A DNA stretch of 64,000 nt from Botryllus schlosseri (taxonomy: Eukaryota), in contig CM119376.1 in the NCBI GenBank assembly GCA_051294905.1, positions 18,166,001-18,230,000 of the forward strand. Direction: 5' to 3'. How positions within the stretch are numbered: the stretch's first letter is position 1; every line of letters begins with the position of its first letter. Below the pieces are notes generated by a model. That model searched no databases, had not been told where the DNA came from, and saw only the letters and a program-made list of their open reading frames with translations. Positions 52,401-61,870 of the stretch are shown here, piece after piece. Both the position numbers and the translations under genes were made by a program.

Positions 52401-53510
52401 ACTAATACGGATGAAATTCGCTACATAACAATGGACTGAGAGAAACTGTTCGGCTGCGTTGATTAACACGGTGTTCTAGTGTATCGCAAAATACGGTTTT
52501 CGGGGTAGCCCCATTCCCCGCACTTCCCTAACATATTTGACTATGACTTGCTATAACTGACATGGTCCAACGATACTGAAGTTGCGGAATTGTCGAACTG
52601 CAACAGAATACAGATTTGATCAAATGCTAGTGTTAACGAACCAAGAGGGATTCGAATGCTTATATAGGCGGGCAAGGGGTGAGAAACAGGGAAGGAATAA
52701 GCGTTACCCGACCCATATTACATTATATATATGAGAGTTAAAAGGAAATGGTTGTGGTTGAAACGTCGAAAATCGAAGCGAATGTTTGAATTAAATTCCA
52801 ACTCTTGTGTAATGAGAGTTGGATATAGCCTAGAGCTGGTTTTTCCCAAATATCTTTCTACATTAGGCCTCGGTCTCAATCCTCGTTCGGACTTGAGTGA
52901 CCTTGGCCTTCGCCTGAACCTTATAGAGTTGATCACGTCCTACGCCATCCAATCGTTACGTCTACAGCATAAGTGCTAATTACTTCGATCGCTATATACC
53001 GGTCAATCACAAAAGTAGTAGTATCGTAATAGTAATATTTCTTAGATCGCGTGGCATAAAAAATCCGCATAGGATCCACCCTGTCAGTTCATTTATTATA
53101 ACAAGGGTAGCTTTCAGGTGACATCTGAATTTTGTCTGACAGTCAGGCCACTAATGTAAGAATGAAATAGTGCACCATGTGCGAGTTGCACCAACTCTCG
53201 GTTTTTAGTCTTCCATATTTGGGAGTTTGGAGAGATGTGCTAGGGGATGACTGCCAGCAATTATTGTCTGGACTGTTTTATACTATGTGGCTGATTCAAT
53301 ACAGTGCAGGACATCTGGATATACTTGGGTAATAACGACATCCAATACTGACATGATTCGGTCAACTTAACGGTTGATTTTAGTAGCGATGCAAAACATT
53401 GTTCTCACCTCTGGCTTTTTATCGGCGAGGCTTTCGACTTTATCTCCCGATACCGATGACACGAACAGGACGAACTGTAACGTCGCCGCTACGTGCCGCA
53501 GCGTCGCCAT
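1..53510 (-). CDS. Giant secreted multidomain protein (SP-TFF-CTL-EGF-TFF-27xTSR-vWA->=50xTSR); 83 exons in window, 3' end beyond window start
   Basis: Hand-spliced at GT-AG junctions, with phase consistent at every junction and no in-frame stop. Exons 5'->3': 53510-53409, 50765-50654, 45686-45604, 45538-45349, 44080-43821, 43761-43527, 43238-43110, 42570-42542, 42198-42155, 42093-41996, 39659-39591, 39536-39403, 39348-39089, 38560-38411, 38346-38191, 37622-37002, 36137-35991, 35928-35767, 35569-35421, 35357-35171, 34221-34023, 33967-33700, 32900-32680, 32501-32293, 31902-31722, 31661-31472, 30781-30630, 30565-30350, 29903-29738, 29675-29524, 28938-28714, 28645-28552, 27685-27555, 27491-27240, 26581-26407, 25413-25280, 25223-25053, 24177-24022, 23950-23795, 21867-21712, 21649-21494, 21438-21280, 19413-19258, 19195-19040, 18539-18384, 18322-18167, 17902-17762, 16911-16765, 16699-16547, 15700-15545, 15480-15322, 14585-14427, 14371-14216, 14159-14004, 13610-13455, 13396-13091, 12967-12812, 12754-12599, 12542-12381, 11763-11608, 11550-11395, 10873-10718, 10657-10340, 9764-9609, 8882-8730, 8665-8510, 7967-7812, 7747-7592, 7340-7185, 6587-6432, 6368-6213, 5865-5710, 5326-5171, 5111-4956, 3979-3821, 3757-3602, 2776-2624, 2566-2417, 1954-1799, 1735-1580, 1053-898, 836-681, 88-<1. 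Sum is about 13,850 nt. A few N-terminal linker boundaries may differ in real transcripts. Confidence 0.88.
4149..4350. mobile_element. Short hairpin MITE (79-bp arms, 34-bp spacer)
   Basis: 4159-4237 and 4272-4350 are reverse complements with one mismatch; a degenerate copy of the right arm lies at ~9160-9235. Confidence 0.8.
6640..7150. repeat. Diverged tandem duplication, ~257-bp period, intronic
   Basis: CATGGCA..GTAAT.AAAT.AAAGAAAATC..ATTTTCGG.ATTTCAAC...AAAAAGGGTATTTTTCAACAT...GTTGGCAAATCAACA occurs from 6679 and again from 6936; outer limits are approximate. Confidence 0.65.
15885..16503. mobile_element. hAT-type MITE, almost entirely palindromic (~300-bp arms)
   Basis: Ends are TAGGGCTGTTCAAAAATAAC...GTTATTTTTGAACAGCCCTA, with a perfect 8-bp TSD ATGTGCAC (15877-15884, 16504-16511); the two halves are reverse complements along most of the length. 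Confidence 0.92.
17158..17293 (+). mobile_element. 5'-truncated retroposon (SINE/LINE 3' end) with (AAAC) tail
   Basis: Flanked by a perfect 14-bp TSD AAAACCTTGCACTC (17144-17157, 17294-17307); a longer, closely similar copy lies on the minus strand at ~61600-61770. Confidence 0.85.
19462..21087 (-). mobile_element. 5'-truncated non-LTR retrotransposon (CR1/L2-group LINE) with RT remnant, in a TSR intron
   Basis: ORFs 20654-21076 (..[21 protein letters not shown]..) and 19798-~20700 ([35 protein letters not shown]) are joined by a 1-nt frameshift at ~20698 (GVP-T-QGS). The 3' UTR ends in AATAAA plus a (TC)10 tail (19462-19482). Clade assignment is from motif recognition only. Confidence 0.92.
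23138..23262. repeat. Two-copy ~66-bp tandem repeat, intronic
   Basis: AATTT.GAAAATTC.AATTTCACCAGTGTTAGCAA.TGTAA...AAAAAAG..GGAC occurs twice. Confidence 0.75.
26407..27685 (-). CDS. von Willebrand factor A domain (exons 27685-27555, 27491-27240, 26581-26407)
   Basis: [44 protein letters not shown]|[16 protein letters not shown]...[13 protein letters not shown]...[12 protein letters not shown]...|[15 protein letters not shown]...[35 protein letters not shown] contains DxSxS, T and D MIDAS residues and flanking Cys. The donor of the middle exon could be 27246 or 27240 (both phase 0). Confidence 0.95.
28552..39536 (-). CDS. TSR block 1: 27 thrombospondin type-1 repeats on 21 exons of mixed phase
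   Basis: Repeated WxxWxxWxxCSxxCGxGxxxRxRxC...GC.G....C....C. Introns fall at varied positions, often phase 2 inside the Arg codon before xC; exon 37622-37002 (621 nt) spans about four repeats. Confidence 0.93.
39797..41736. mobile_element. Non-autonomous hAT-type element (outer of a nest)
   Basis: TIR CAGGGTTGTAAC...GTTACAACCCTG, perfect 8-bp TSD GTATCCAT (39789-39796, 41737-41744), and many subterminal GACTCGA(GTC) repeats at both ends. Confidence 0.92.
40055..41501. mobile_element. Non-autonomous hAT-type element nested in 39797-41736
   Basis: TIR TAGGGTTGCCATA...TATGGTAACCCTA, perfect 8-bp TSD TACTAGTA (40047-40054, 41502-41509), subterminal TCCGGAATT repeats. Confidence 0.9.
41996..42198 (-). 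CDS. Trefoil (P-type) domain 2 (exons 42198-42155 and 42093-41996)
   Basis: Spliced [47 protein letters not shown] gives C-x9-C-x9-C-x5-CC-x7-C, close to canonical trefoil spacing; 61-nt GT-AG intron in phase 2. It is absent from the ORF track because the exons are short. Confidence 0.85.
43110..43238 (-). CDS. EGF-like domain exon (phase 1-1)
   Basis: [36 protein letters not shown] shows the six-Cys EGF pattern; tttcag acceptor and G|gtgaga donor. Confidence 0.92.
43527..44080 (-). CDS. C-type lectin domain (two exons, 44080-43821 and 43761-43527)
   Basis: [22 protein letters not shown]...[12 protein letters not shown]|RWESG...[24 protein letters not shown]...[16 protein letters not shown] carries the WIG, EPN, WxD-x-x-C and terminal FIC hallmarks of the CTLD fold; 59-nt GT-AG intron. 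Confidence 0.9.
44210..44826. mobile_element. PIF/Harbinger-type MITE
   Basis: Imperfect ~24-bp TIR (AGCCCGATGAACACTGAGCTCGCG / CGCGAGGCCAGTGTGCATCGGGCC) flanked by TAA on both sides (44207-44209, 44827-44829). Confidence 0.7.
45527..50765 (-). CDS. Trefoil (P-type) domain 1, split over three exons (50765-50654, 45686-45604, start of 45538-45349)
   Basis: The spliced product reads [47 protein letters not shown]: six Cys with C-x9-C, the GCC core and a PHCY end, as in trefoil domains, with an elongated second loop. Junctions G|GT (phase 1) and TAC|CCT (phase 0) are canonical. Confidence 0.72.
46442..48483. mobile_element. Composite hAT-type element containing further MITE fragments
   Basis: Ends CAGTGGTTCCCAA...TTGGGAATCACTG with a perfect 8-bp TSD GCCTATAG (46434-46441, 48484-48491). 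The interior holds a copy of the 50893-51871 family (~46889-47800) and a TAGGGTTACCATACG end at 47897. Confidence 0.85.
49175..49570 (+). mobile_element. tRNA-derived SINE
   Basis: A box TAGCGTAGTGG (49181-49191), B-box-like GGTTCAATTGCC (49224-49235), CTGGGCTCCTC motif and ATTACG-type tail repeats near 49545-49570; it sits in a (GGATTA)n tract. The 3' end is approximate. Confidence 0.55.
49693..50311. mobile_element. Hairpin MITE with ~170-bp inverted arms
   Basis: 49693-~49865 (..CAAATCTCACGGCTCAGTGAAATTGGTCTACGTCACACTTTCCATTTG..) is the reverse complement of ~50145-50311; TA-rich ends; superfamily not assignable. Confidence 0.8.
50893..51871. mobile_element. hAT-type MITE, same family as ~46889-47800
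   Basis: Ends CAGGGCCGAAAC...GTTGCGGTCCTG; degenerate TSD TATAGCAT/AACAGCAT (6/8); colinear similarity with 47000-47800 is visible over several hundred bp. Confidence 0.75.
53409..53510 (-). CDS. First coding exon: signal peptide
   Basis: [34 protein letters not shown] has a basic n-region, hydrophobic core and VSG/D cleavage-like site. It ends at a GAG|gtgaga donor in phase 0, matching the phase-0 acceptor at 50765. Its link to the rest of the gene is inferred from phase and strand. Confidence 0.75.
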
Positions 53511-56500
53511 GCTTTTAGATAGGACGCCTATCCTCCTGAACACAATTTCATGCGTCACATGTTTGAAAATTGAGGATTTGGATTAAAATGTTGTGCACGA
53601 TTTATACCGCGGTATAAGTCTGAGTTGGGTTCTAGTTTCGTGCGCCATGGGTGTATATTCACACCCGTATATCAGGGCTGGTTCACGGGTGGAAATACAC
53701 ACTCCGCTTAGAGTGCATAACGACTTACTGCCCGTGAGATCAAACATAATTAGCATTAAAGAAGAATTTCAAGGGATACAGGCAAATATGTACGAAAAAT
53801 TCTAGTCCATAAAAAAATTCGCAAACTTAAATCGTTCACTGCTCGTGAGGAGTATGTGGAATAGGAATTTTCCTACCTCCATCATTTCGATGCGTTGACG
53901 ACATACGAAATGAATTAATTGCATTCTATTCAAAGACCAATCGCGGAAAATATCTTCAATTATTGCGTCGCGGTGATTGGACGCTTAACGATTCGTTGAC
54001 GAGAGAATCAAAGGTGCCGACATCCTTACAGGCGTCATGTAACGTATTTAGCAGCGAATTGGCGCATCCAATTGGTCATCATCGTTCATGATTGCGACAC
54101 AACGCCACATTTTTCTGTCTGGGACACATAAATATGACAATTCGTGAAAGAAATCCATGATATTGCGGTGCTTTTCAAATGTCAAGGTCGGTCGGTTGAT
54201 CCCTACAAGAAACTTAGTTGTTCAAGTGCCCTGGAATAAATACCATGCAATTTTCAATTATTTCTCAATTTGTGCGAAACATTTTCACTGGAAGCGAAAC
54301 GACAAAACCACATCATCCCTATGTTGAGGCATTATATATGCGGCTGGCTATATATCCATTCATCTCCCGAACTATGGTAAATTGTAATCATTCATTGTTT
54401 ATGTTGTCAATGTATATGAGTTTGTATCCGACGTCGCGATTTGAAAAAATCGGGCCTAATCCATCGAACAAAGAATTTGAACCCAATCCGATTTCGTCAA
54501 GATTAAATCAAATAGAATTTATTGAAATGTACTAGGAAGCGCGATATTGAAGCTACAGGTCAAGATAGTGTATGTATACGACGTGTATACAATTTGTACA
54601 ATGTACATAGCAAAATTTTTAAACCGTAAATGTTCAAAGATCAAGAAGATAACGAATTCTTTACCTCCGAACATTTATGTTTTTTTTTTGTTGCGAGAGA
54701 ATCCGATTGTTCATACCCTCAGACGCCGCGGAATGGAGTTTGGTATCGTAATGCGAGCGATTTCTTATCTTAGTTTTTCGTTGAAATGTTGAATTAAAAT
54801 GTACAACTAACTCGACTATTTTATTTGAGATTCTCTAATCTCATATACAAACTGAAATTAAAAATATTGCTTTGGGCGGGTGATTATAACATAAGTGCCA
54901 ATCTGGTTTATTGGTTATACAATGTGAGTTTTCTCTGGTACTATCGCATTATATTACTTATTTACACCTACGCAAATGCGAAAAGGAATTATACGGCTAT
55001 GCCGCCATTGCAATTTTGCTCGGATAACCCCGAACTTTTTGATTCAATGTAACACTTCAGTGTATGGAACCTATTGTCCCAAATTGCAAGAAACTTACTG
55101 GTTCCGTATTCATTTATTACATGCATGCATGTAATCGTGGTAAATATTGTTAAGCGGTACGCAATAATCCTGGTGGCAATTTTAATCGAATGATGAAATT
55201 CGAGCCGACCGGTTGAAGATCGGCAAACATACCCTACATAGATCAAAACTCGGGTAGCTTTTTCAGACTCCTCGTGGAGGCAGAAGCGACAGACGCATTT
55301 GACACTTTAATCACATCATATTTGGTGAGAGCGTGTAACCCTGCGAAGTTCATATCGGATACAGGTGATTAGTATACGTGTTACGAGTCATTTTGTGAGA
55401 GCGTGACGACCTCGCTGGTAATTCCAACAGTAAATCTTTTAGTCGAGTAATCCACATGTTGATTCGTGTCTGTCATAAACGCAGAATAGTGTGACCGATC
55501 ATTAGTTAAGTTTATTAGAGCAAGGTCTACGATTTACAAAAGAGAGCGGTGTCTAACTTCTAGATAGAAGCGGTTCTCAACGCCTTAGGGCGCGACAATC
55601 AGTCCGCGAAATCGTTTGTCTCAACGTATTTGATGCTAACCGTACCGGTCACCGATACATCTGCGATAGTGCTAGCAATCTCTGTTTCGGAGTATGTAAA
55701 ACAAACATGTGTCGTCGAAGGTTAAAGTAATAACGCATCAATATGAGTTAGGGTCAAAATATAGACAAAGAGACAAGCGCACTTATTAAATATAACTTAG
55801 GCGAAAGGCTATTTGTTAATATTATTATAATATAATACTACATAAAGTCATCAGAAGAAGACAATTCAATTCCACTCGCACGGAATTCGCCATGAAATGT
55901 AAATTCCAGCCATGTTTATTTCATGGTAAACCAAATCACTCGCCCACACTGTTTACTGGTTGGATCGGATACGCTCTGCATTCACGTTCATTACAATGCT
56001 CAAAGCAATGCAATAATTTGCAAATTTTGCAATGCACATATCTCGAGAGCGTCGCGCAAATTTTTTTAAGAGCAATTTCGCATCGATTAACTACCCTTTC
56101 AGATCGTATCGATCCCCAATAGCATCCCTGCGTCATTGTGGTGCAATTGTCCCACGACAACATTCGTACAATTACTTCTTCATTGAATTTACGGATTGAA
56201 TACCGAAATTAGATTGGATTCTTACCGAATAGATTTGTTGTGTATCCTCTGAATCATTCACTGTGTAAGTTGCTTTATATCTTTCTTTCTGTTTCTATCA
56301 ATCACAATCCTCGCTTTGCAGGATTCAGTTAATTTGAGCTGCCTCGTCTCCTCGTTCTCTATCCCTTGGCAACTTCCACCTTCAAGTTTAAAATTCCGGA
56401 GGAGTGAAGCCAAGCTCCGCCGCGACGCTTTTAAATGAACGGCTAGTTCCTTTTTTCGTCTCCCCTAATAGCCAAGCCTGCGAGAGAGAATTCATGATAT

Positions 56501-58489
56501 TTGATTTGATCCTGTCTAAGGAATCGACATTATCTCACCTCTACTCTGTGCCCTATACTCTCATCTGTGTTGGCATTACTGTGATTGATTGGTGTATTTG
56601 TGACACGACTTGATGCAGGATTGTGCGGTTAGGGTGACAATGTACGTGGTTTACTGTGAGAGAGAACGCATGCTTAATTTCATAGGTATGTACTTCCAGA
56701 ATCTCTGGAGTCCATTCGTGTTAAGCGTTTTACGCCGAATACCAAGATATCCTCGAAATGGATAAGATTTTACAAGTAGTTGTAGTTGTACAAGTAATTG
56801 GGGTATTACCGAGTGACCGAAATTAGGCGTTGAATCGTGAGGGACTTATTATGATCAAATGATTTCAGTGCATCGCGGGGCCTATTTGGTCTCGTCATAT
56901 AATTAGGTAGTTAGCTGTTAGCGTATAACATACTCACACTCATATCTTGTGGCCTCATCGCGTGTACTGTAGATATTGGTTCGAGAATCTTAGTGTATGG
57001 TAATTTAGTATACAAAAATATAACTTTACCAATGACTCGCCTTGACGAATTTTGAGTGCCGTATCGACCATAATAGCAGGCCTATTTGTGTTGTATTTGC
57101 CCAATACCTCTTTTAGAGGTAGGAAAAATAAAACCACGCTCATTTGGAATCTAATTTCAAAATACTCATTCGAATTGAAATGATAAACTATTTTTAAATA
57201 CTCTTATAGTAATTGAAACTCTCAGTGGCAAAAGAAGCCCAGAGAAAGACCCGATGAAGGACGTATGCAAGGAATCGAACGAAAAGAGCAAGTAAGAGCG
57301 TCTAAAGACAATGCAGCCAGAAGATCAATATCGAACAATGTCACATCGGGCACTATGGCCAGGAGGATGCAATATTGAGAAACGTTACTTGGTCGTGTTG
57401 TCATCATCTTATTTGAACTGCCAATCAATGGCATTTCGCACAGTTATCGTAGATCAAAATATCTGCCCTGTAAAAACACCTGTTGATTCTATCCGAATCG
57501 AATCAAGTGATTCTATAATCGCAAAGTTATATTTAAAGGCCTGATCTAATTAAGGGTCGAAATATCCATCCCTGTTTGTTTGCTTTATTCACGCAGATAA
57601 CAGAATATCCACTCTAGTTTCGAGATCCATACCTCAATCGAGGTTTCGCATTTTACCAGACCGATAGCGCAACTGACATTGCAAATACGATAGTTTCGTC
57701 ACTGAATTTATAAATATCCCGACACTCCAGAAAATCTCTCCTTTCTGTTGTGTCGCGTACATTCCTCGTCAACATTTCCTTAACATTTCATTTATCTTCA
57801 TATCGGTATATATGTGCAGTGCATGGTTTCGATCGTAAGCGTTTGCTGTAGTCTACGGGATATACGAAACAATTGCGACCGCGATACCGTAATCAATTTA
57901 AACGGGGTAATTTTAGACGCAAAAGCGAAACTCGACCTTCTATATTTGAATGAGAGTTTTGTGCCAAATCGATTTTTTTCTCGGCACATCCAATGTTGAC
58001 GTTGACAGAGCATGAAACAAATATAAACTTTCGCAGTAGCTCACGTCCTCACGATGTCTCGAATACGCAACGATAAATAGATCGCTTCCATCCACTGCTC
58101 AGGCCAGTGACGTTTACGATTGGAACTAACATCCCATCCATCCTATGCGCAACTGCACTGTTCCCATAGTGAACATGCAGCGATGTAGGTAAAAATCAGC
58201 AATATGCCGTCAGTGGGTTTATCGTCGCGAAGCTTTGTTGCGTAATAGCAGATCCAGGGACGCGATAAACACATTGTAAGGAGTAAGAAAGCAGCATCAG
58301 AAAGACTTTCAGAGTTCAAATTTGTACCTATCACGCAACCACGAAGACAATAATGCCTATTACACCATATAGGCTACAACTAATGTGATATATTTTGACC
58401 ACGACCATTCATAGCGCTTTGAGAAAGTGCTGCTGTCGGTTGGTCGATCACAGTGTACTTCATAGAACGGTCGTTTCCTTGTGCTAAAT

Positions 58490-60032
58490 CAGGGGTCACT
58501 ACACGCGGCCCGCGAGGTCATATTTTGCGACCCGCGACCTGATTTGAAATTTCGGAAGAAAGCTTAGTAAAGCATTTTGAAATGCTGAAATTTATTTCAG
58601 TTTAAACATATTGTTCTTGTTGTTCAAAGCAAGCTATTCTCCTGGGCCAATATCACTATTCCTCACCAGCTGATACGGCTTATTCGGTGATGGTAATATC
58701 ATTCCATGGAGTAAGAATTTGCTGATATAAATGGGCATTGCCTTGACGTGCAATGGCCCACCTCTGCCAAGACCGAGACGCTTAGAAAACGACTCCGGGC
58801 TCCGCAAAAGGCCAGGATTTACCAGGAGATAGTTTTCCAGTAAATACCGTCTATAGCCAACCCCGATGTCGATTCTTTAGTCCAGGGGTGGCCACTCTGC
58901 GGCAGTAGAAGGAAAATTATGCGGCCGTCGACACTTAATTCAATTAGGATGTGTTGGCGGCCGTCAATATGCAAATTGAATTTACGAATTGACTCCCTAA
59001 TTAAGGAGAGGGTTCAATTATTCTAGAAATTTTCTCCGCGCTACGCGCCTTTCAATGTGAGTTGGTTTTCAATTTTAATATGGTAGTGTCCTTTGTAATA
59101 TGAGCCCCACAGTACGGATGCGAACAGCAGAGGAAGATGATACGCCCCATAAAGAAACACCAATTTGTAATCGTGTTCTCCTAATCACGAAGGAAATTTG
59201 TTTCTGGTAGTTCTACGTTTGGGCGAATCCAATATATTTCTACCATATACCATACCGACAATCCAAGAAATAACAGCAAGCAACAAAGCAGACTAATAAC
59301 AATTGGTCCACCAAAGATGCAGCACAGAATTATCAACTTCGCTAAATTTTCGACAACACCCCCTGCATGAGGTCTACCGGTGAATCTGATCACATGGGTC
59401 AGAAAGGAAAACTATTTGATAGCAATATGTGAAACCATACTAATATTAATGACAAAATTATCTCATGAATATGGAAAATTTTTCGCGCTTAGCGCGACTA
59501 CTATAGATATCCCTGTGGCTATTCATAACACGACTGCTCACGATTTCCGTGGGCATCGTAAGCCGATATGAGTAAATAGATTAGTCCAGAGTTCACGGTC
59601 AATGGTCGAGTGGACAAATGGACACTGGCAGTTAACGTGTATATGGCCTCCAGTTAGTTCATTACGACCATGCACTGGAATGCAACCCTCGGCCAGCTAC
59701 ATAAGTAATCAAAGTACGGCCGTGAATAGCAAAAAGTTTAGCCACCCCTGCTTTAGTTGCTGAAGAGTGTTGTCAGGTATCGTGCGCAGCTCATAGTTCA
59801 AAATAGAATGAAAGTGATGATGTTGTATTTGTATTTCTTCAATAAAATAATATTTCTTTTGTGGTGTAACTATGCCCGTCACCCATGTTAGAGAGCACAG
59901 CGTTGTACTGTATCAAAACGTGGTTGCTAAACTGCGTTGCCTATTTTCATCTCGATATTGAAGTCATGCTGCCTGCGGCCTCTTCGAATTTTAAAAAGTG
60001 CTCCGCGACCCGTTTTGAGTTGACGACCCCTG
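58490..60032. mobile_element. hAT-type element (outer of a nest)
   Basis: Ends CAGGGGTC...GACCCCTG; TSD TGCTAAAT/TACTAAAT (7/8); CCGCGACC subterminal motifs. Confidence 0.75.
58883..59750. mobile_element. hAT-type MITE nested in 58490-60032
   Basis: Ends CAGGGGTGGC...GCCACCCCTG; TSD CTTTAGTC/CTTTAGTT (7/8). Confidence 0.8.
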
Positions 60033-61170
60033 TACTAAATATTTTGGATGCTGTGATACGAATATAATCGTACATAATTTCAAGGCTCGCGCAGTGTGTA
60101 GAAAGTATTGAAAGAATAGATCTCTCGACTCTAATCATTGCAATTAATACTCAGTTCGAATACTAAAATCGTTGTGACTATCCCTGCGTATAAATAAGGC
60201 ATGGTACGGTACGTTATATAATAAAATCTATGCTATTCTAACGTTTGGTTAATAAGAGATATCGCGAATCGTTCTGTCGTATGAATGCTATTATTTCAAT
60301 TTTAGACTGTGATTGATGGATGCTGATAAATGGCAATAAAATGTCCGCGGTTGATATGTTTATACAGATCGAATCAGTATCTCGGGATTGCAGTGACGTT
60401 GATGGTTTCAATAAATCAAACAAAACGACTGAACACTTGAAGATGAACACAGTGAACAGTCATTTACACGTCCAAAAATTTGGTGATTGTATCGAACGGG
60501 CAAGCAGGTGTTTCCAACACGCGAGGTGATACATGGCAAATATCGGTCCGTGCTGATACTTATTTATAAAGTGATTGTGCGAAATTCCTCTAAAACAGGC
60601 GGCCTCAAACTTCTTTGAGCGCGGAGTCTTGCATTTTCAGGGGGGATTGCGTGGATACCCGTATTGTGACGTAATACGGGAAAATATTAGAAATGTTTAA
60701 CCAGCGCCGCTGTCACGAAACTCGGGAAGCTGGTAACTAAAGAATGTCATCACTTTCTCTCGGTCCGTCACGGCCTATGGCTACTACTTGGAGTGCAAGT
60801 GCTTGCGGGGTCATCACATAATCGTCCCACGGTGCTCGTATTGCCACGGCTATTGTGGCTTATTGCGAGCACTGAAAATATAGAATGGACATATGACAAA
60901 AATATGCGCAGGTCTTATAAACAAGGAAAATATAGTTTATAGGTGTAGTTTCAACATTGCCCGTTTGATTTGCGCACTCATGCGCAGTTTAAGAACTCCT
61001 GCTCGATAACATTCAACATATTGCTCTGCATCGCCGACGTTATTTTGTGAGCTGTTGCTACCGCCATATAATGTCCAGGATGTTATGCTATGAAGGTAAA
61101 GTATATGATTTACACGATGAGACCCGCCACTATAATTATAAAGGCGTACGTGTTTCATGTGCGGAATGTA

Positions 61171-61870
61171 GGGAAAGCGAATGGCGCAGTGGCATTGCAG
61201 TCACGACACCAATGGAAGTGGGTTCGAATCCGGTTCTGACCAACTTCTACGTGTCGAAGGCTTCTCTGGGCTCCTCATCGCTAACCTAGGGTTACCATAT
61301 TTTGGAAATTTGAAAAGAGGACACTTTTTCAAAATTTGCAGACTTACAATACTGGAGTAAAATCTGGAAAAAATGGTAAATTTTTCCCGACTTTGTGGTT
61401 GGTTGGTTGACTAAATAAAGGTCAACTTTCCGGCTCAGCTCCCGAAAAAGCCGCCGGATCGTTACTTCAGTGCTGATTTTCTGTAACTCAGTCGAATTTT
61501 ATCCTATATTGAACTAAATTTCTCAAAAAGAGGACAACATCTTAAAAAGAGGATATTTGGGCATCCTCCGATGTCACTTTCAGAAAAGTAAAAAAAAAGA
61601 GGACGTTTGTTTGTTTTGTGGTATTCATGGTGTTTGTCGACTTCTATGGTCATTTACACCAGGCCGATATTCTTCATTATTTTCCGTAACTACCGACTTA
61701 CAGCACGGCCCACCTCTAAGCTTTTTGCAAGACACCGCTTACGCGGATGGGGTGGCGAGGAGGAGGCCAACACGTATGGCAACCTTAGCTAACCCCACTG
61801 TCATAGCAGTGTTTCAAAAAGCCCAGATTGAGATGGTGAGCCGAGCCAAGGAAGTCGGCAGCTAAGATAT
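61171..61870 (+). mobile_element. tRNA-derived SINE, interrupted by the 61287-61787 MITE
   Basis: Pol III A box TGGCGCAGTGG (61182-61192) and B box GGTTCGAATCC (61221-61231), then CTGGGCTCCTC shared with the 49175 copy. The 3' end is approximate. Confidence 0.65.
61287..61787. mobile_element. hAT-type MITE (TAGGG family) inserted into a SINE
   Basis: Ends TAGGGTTACCATA...TATGGCAACCTTA; flanks share GCTAACC; reverse-complement homologue of the fragment starting at 47897 (AGAGGAC-rich subterminal repeats). Confidence 0.8.

Noticed and set aside
1-53510. Assigning a gene symbol such as SSPO, HMCN1, SEMA5, ADAMTS or THBS
   Set aside because: Only the TSR, vWA or EGF modules are shared. No vWD/LDLa, Ig, Sema or metalloprotease domain is seen in the window and the domain order differs, so orthology cannot be claimed.
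53511-53558. Upstream Met of ORF 53367-53558 (MTHEIVFRR..) as the start
   Set aside because: It lies beyond a good splice acceptor at 53536, and the downstream ATG 53510 begins the signal peptide directly.
59181-59393. ORF with a hydrophobic, TM-like stretch
   Set aside because: It lies inside a nested MITE, is short and AT-rich, and shows no recognisable family.
61171-61245. tRNA gene (also 49175-49245)
   Set aside because: A and B boxes are present but I cannot form acceptor and anticodon stems, and both continue into a shared downstream motif, so they are called SINE heads.
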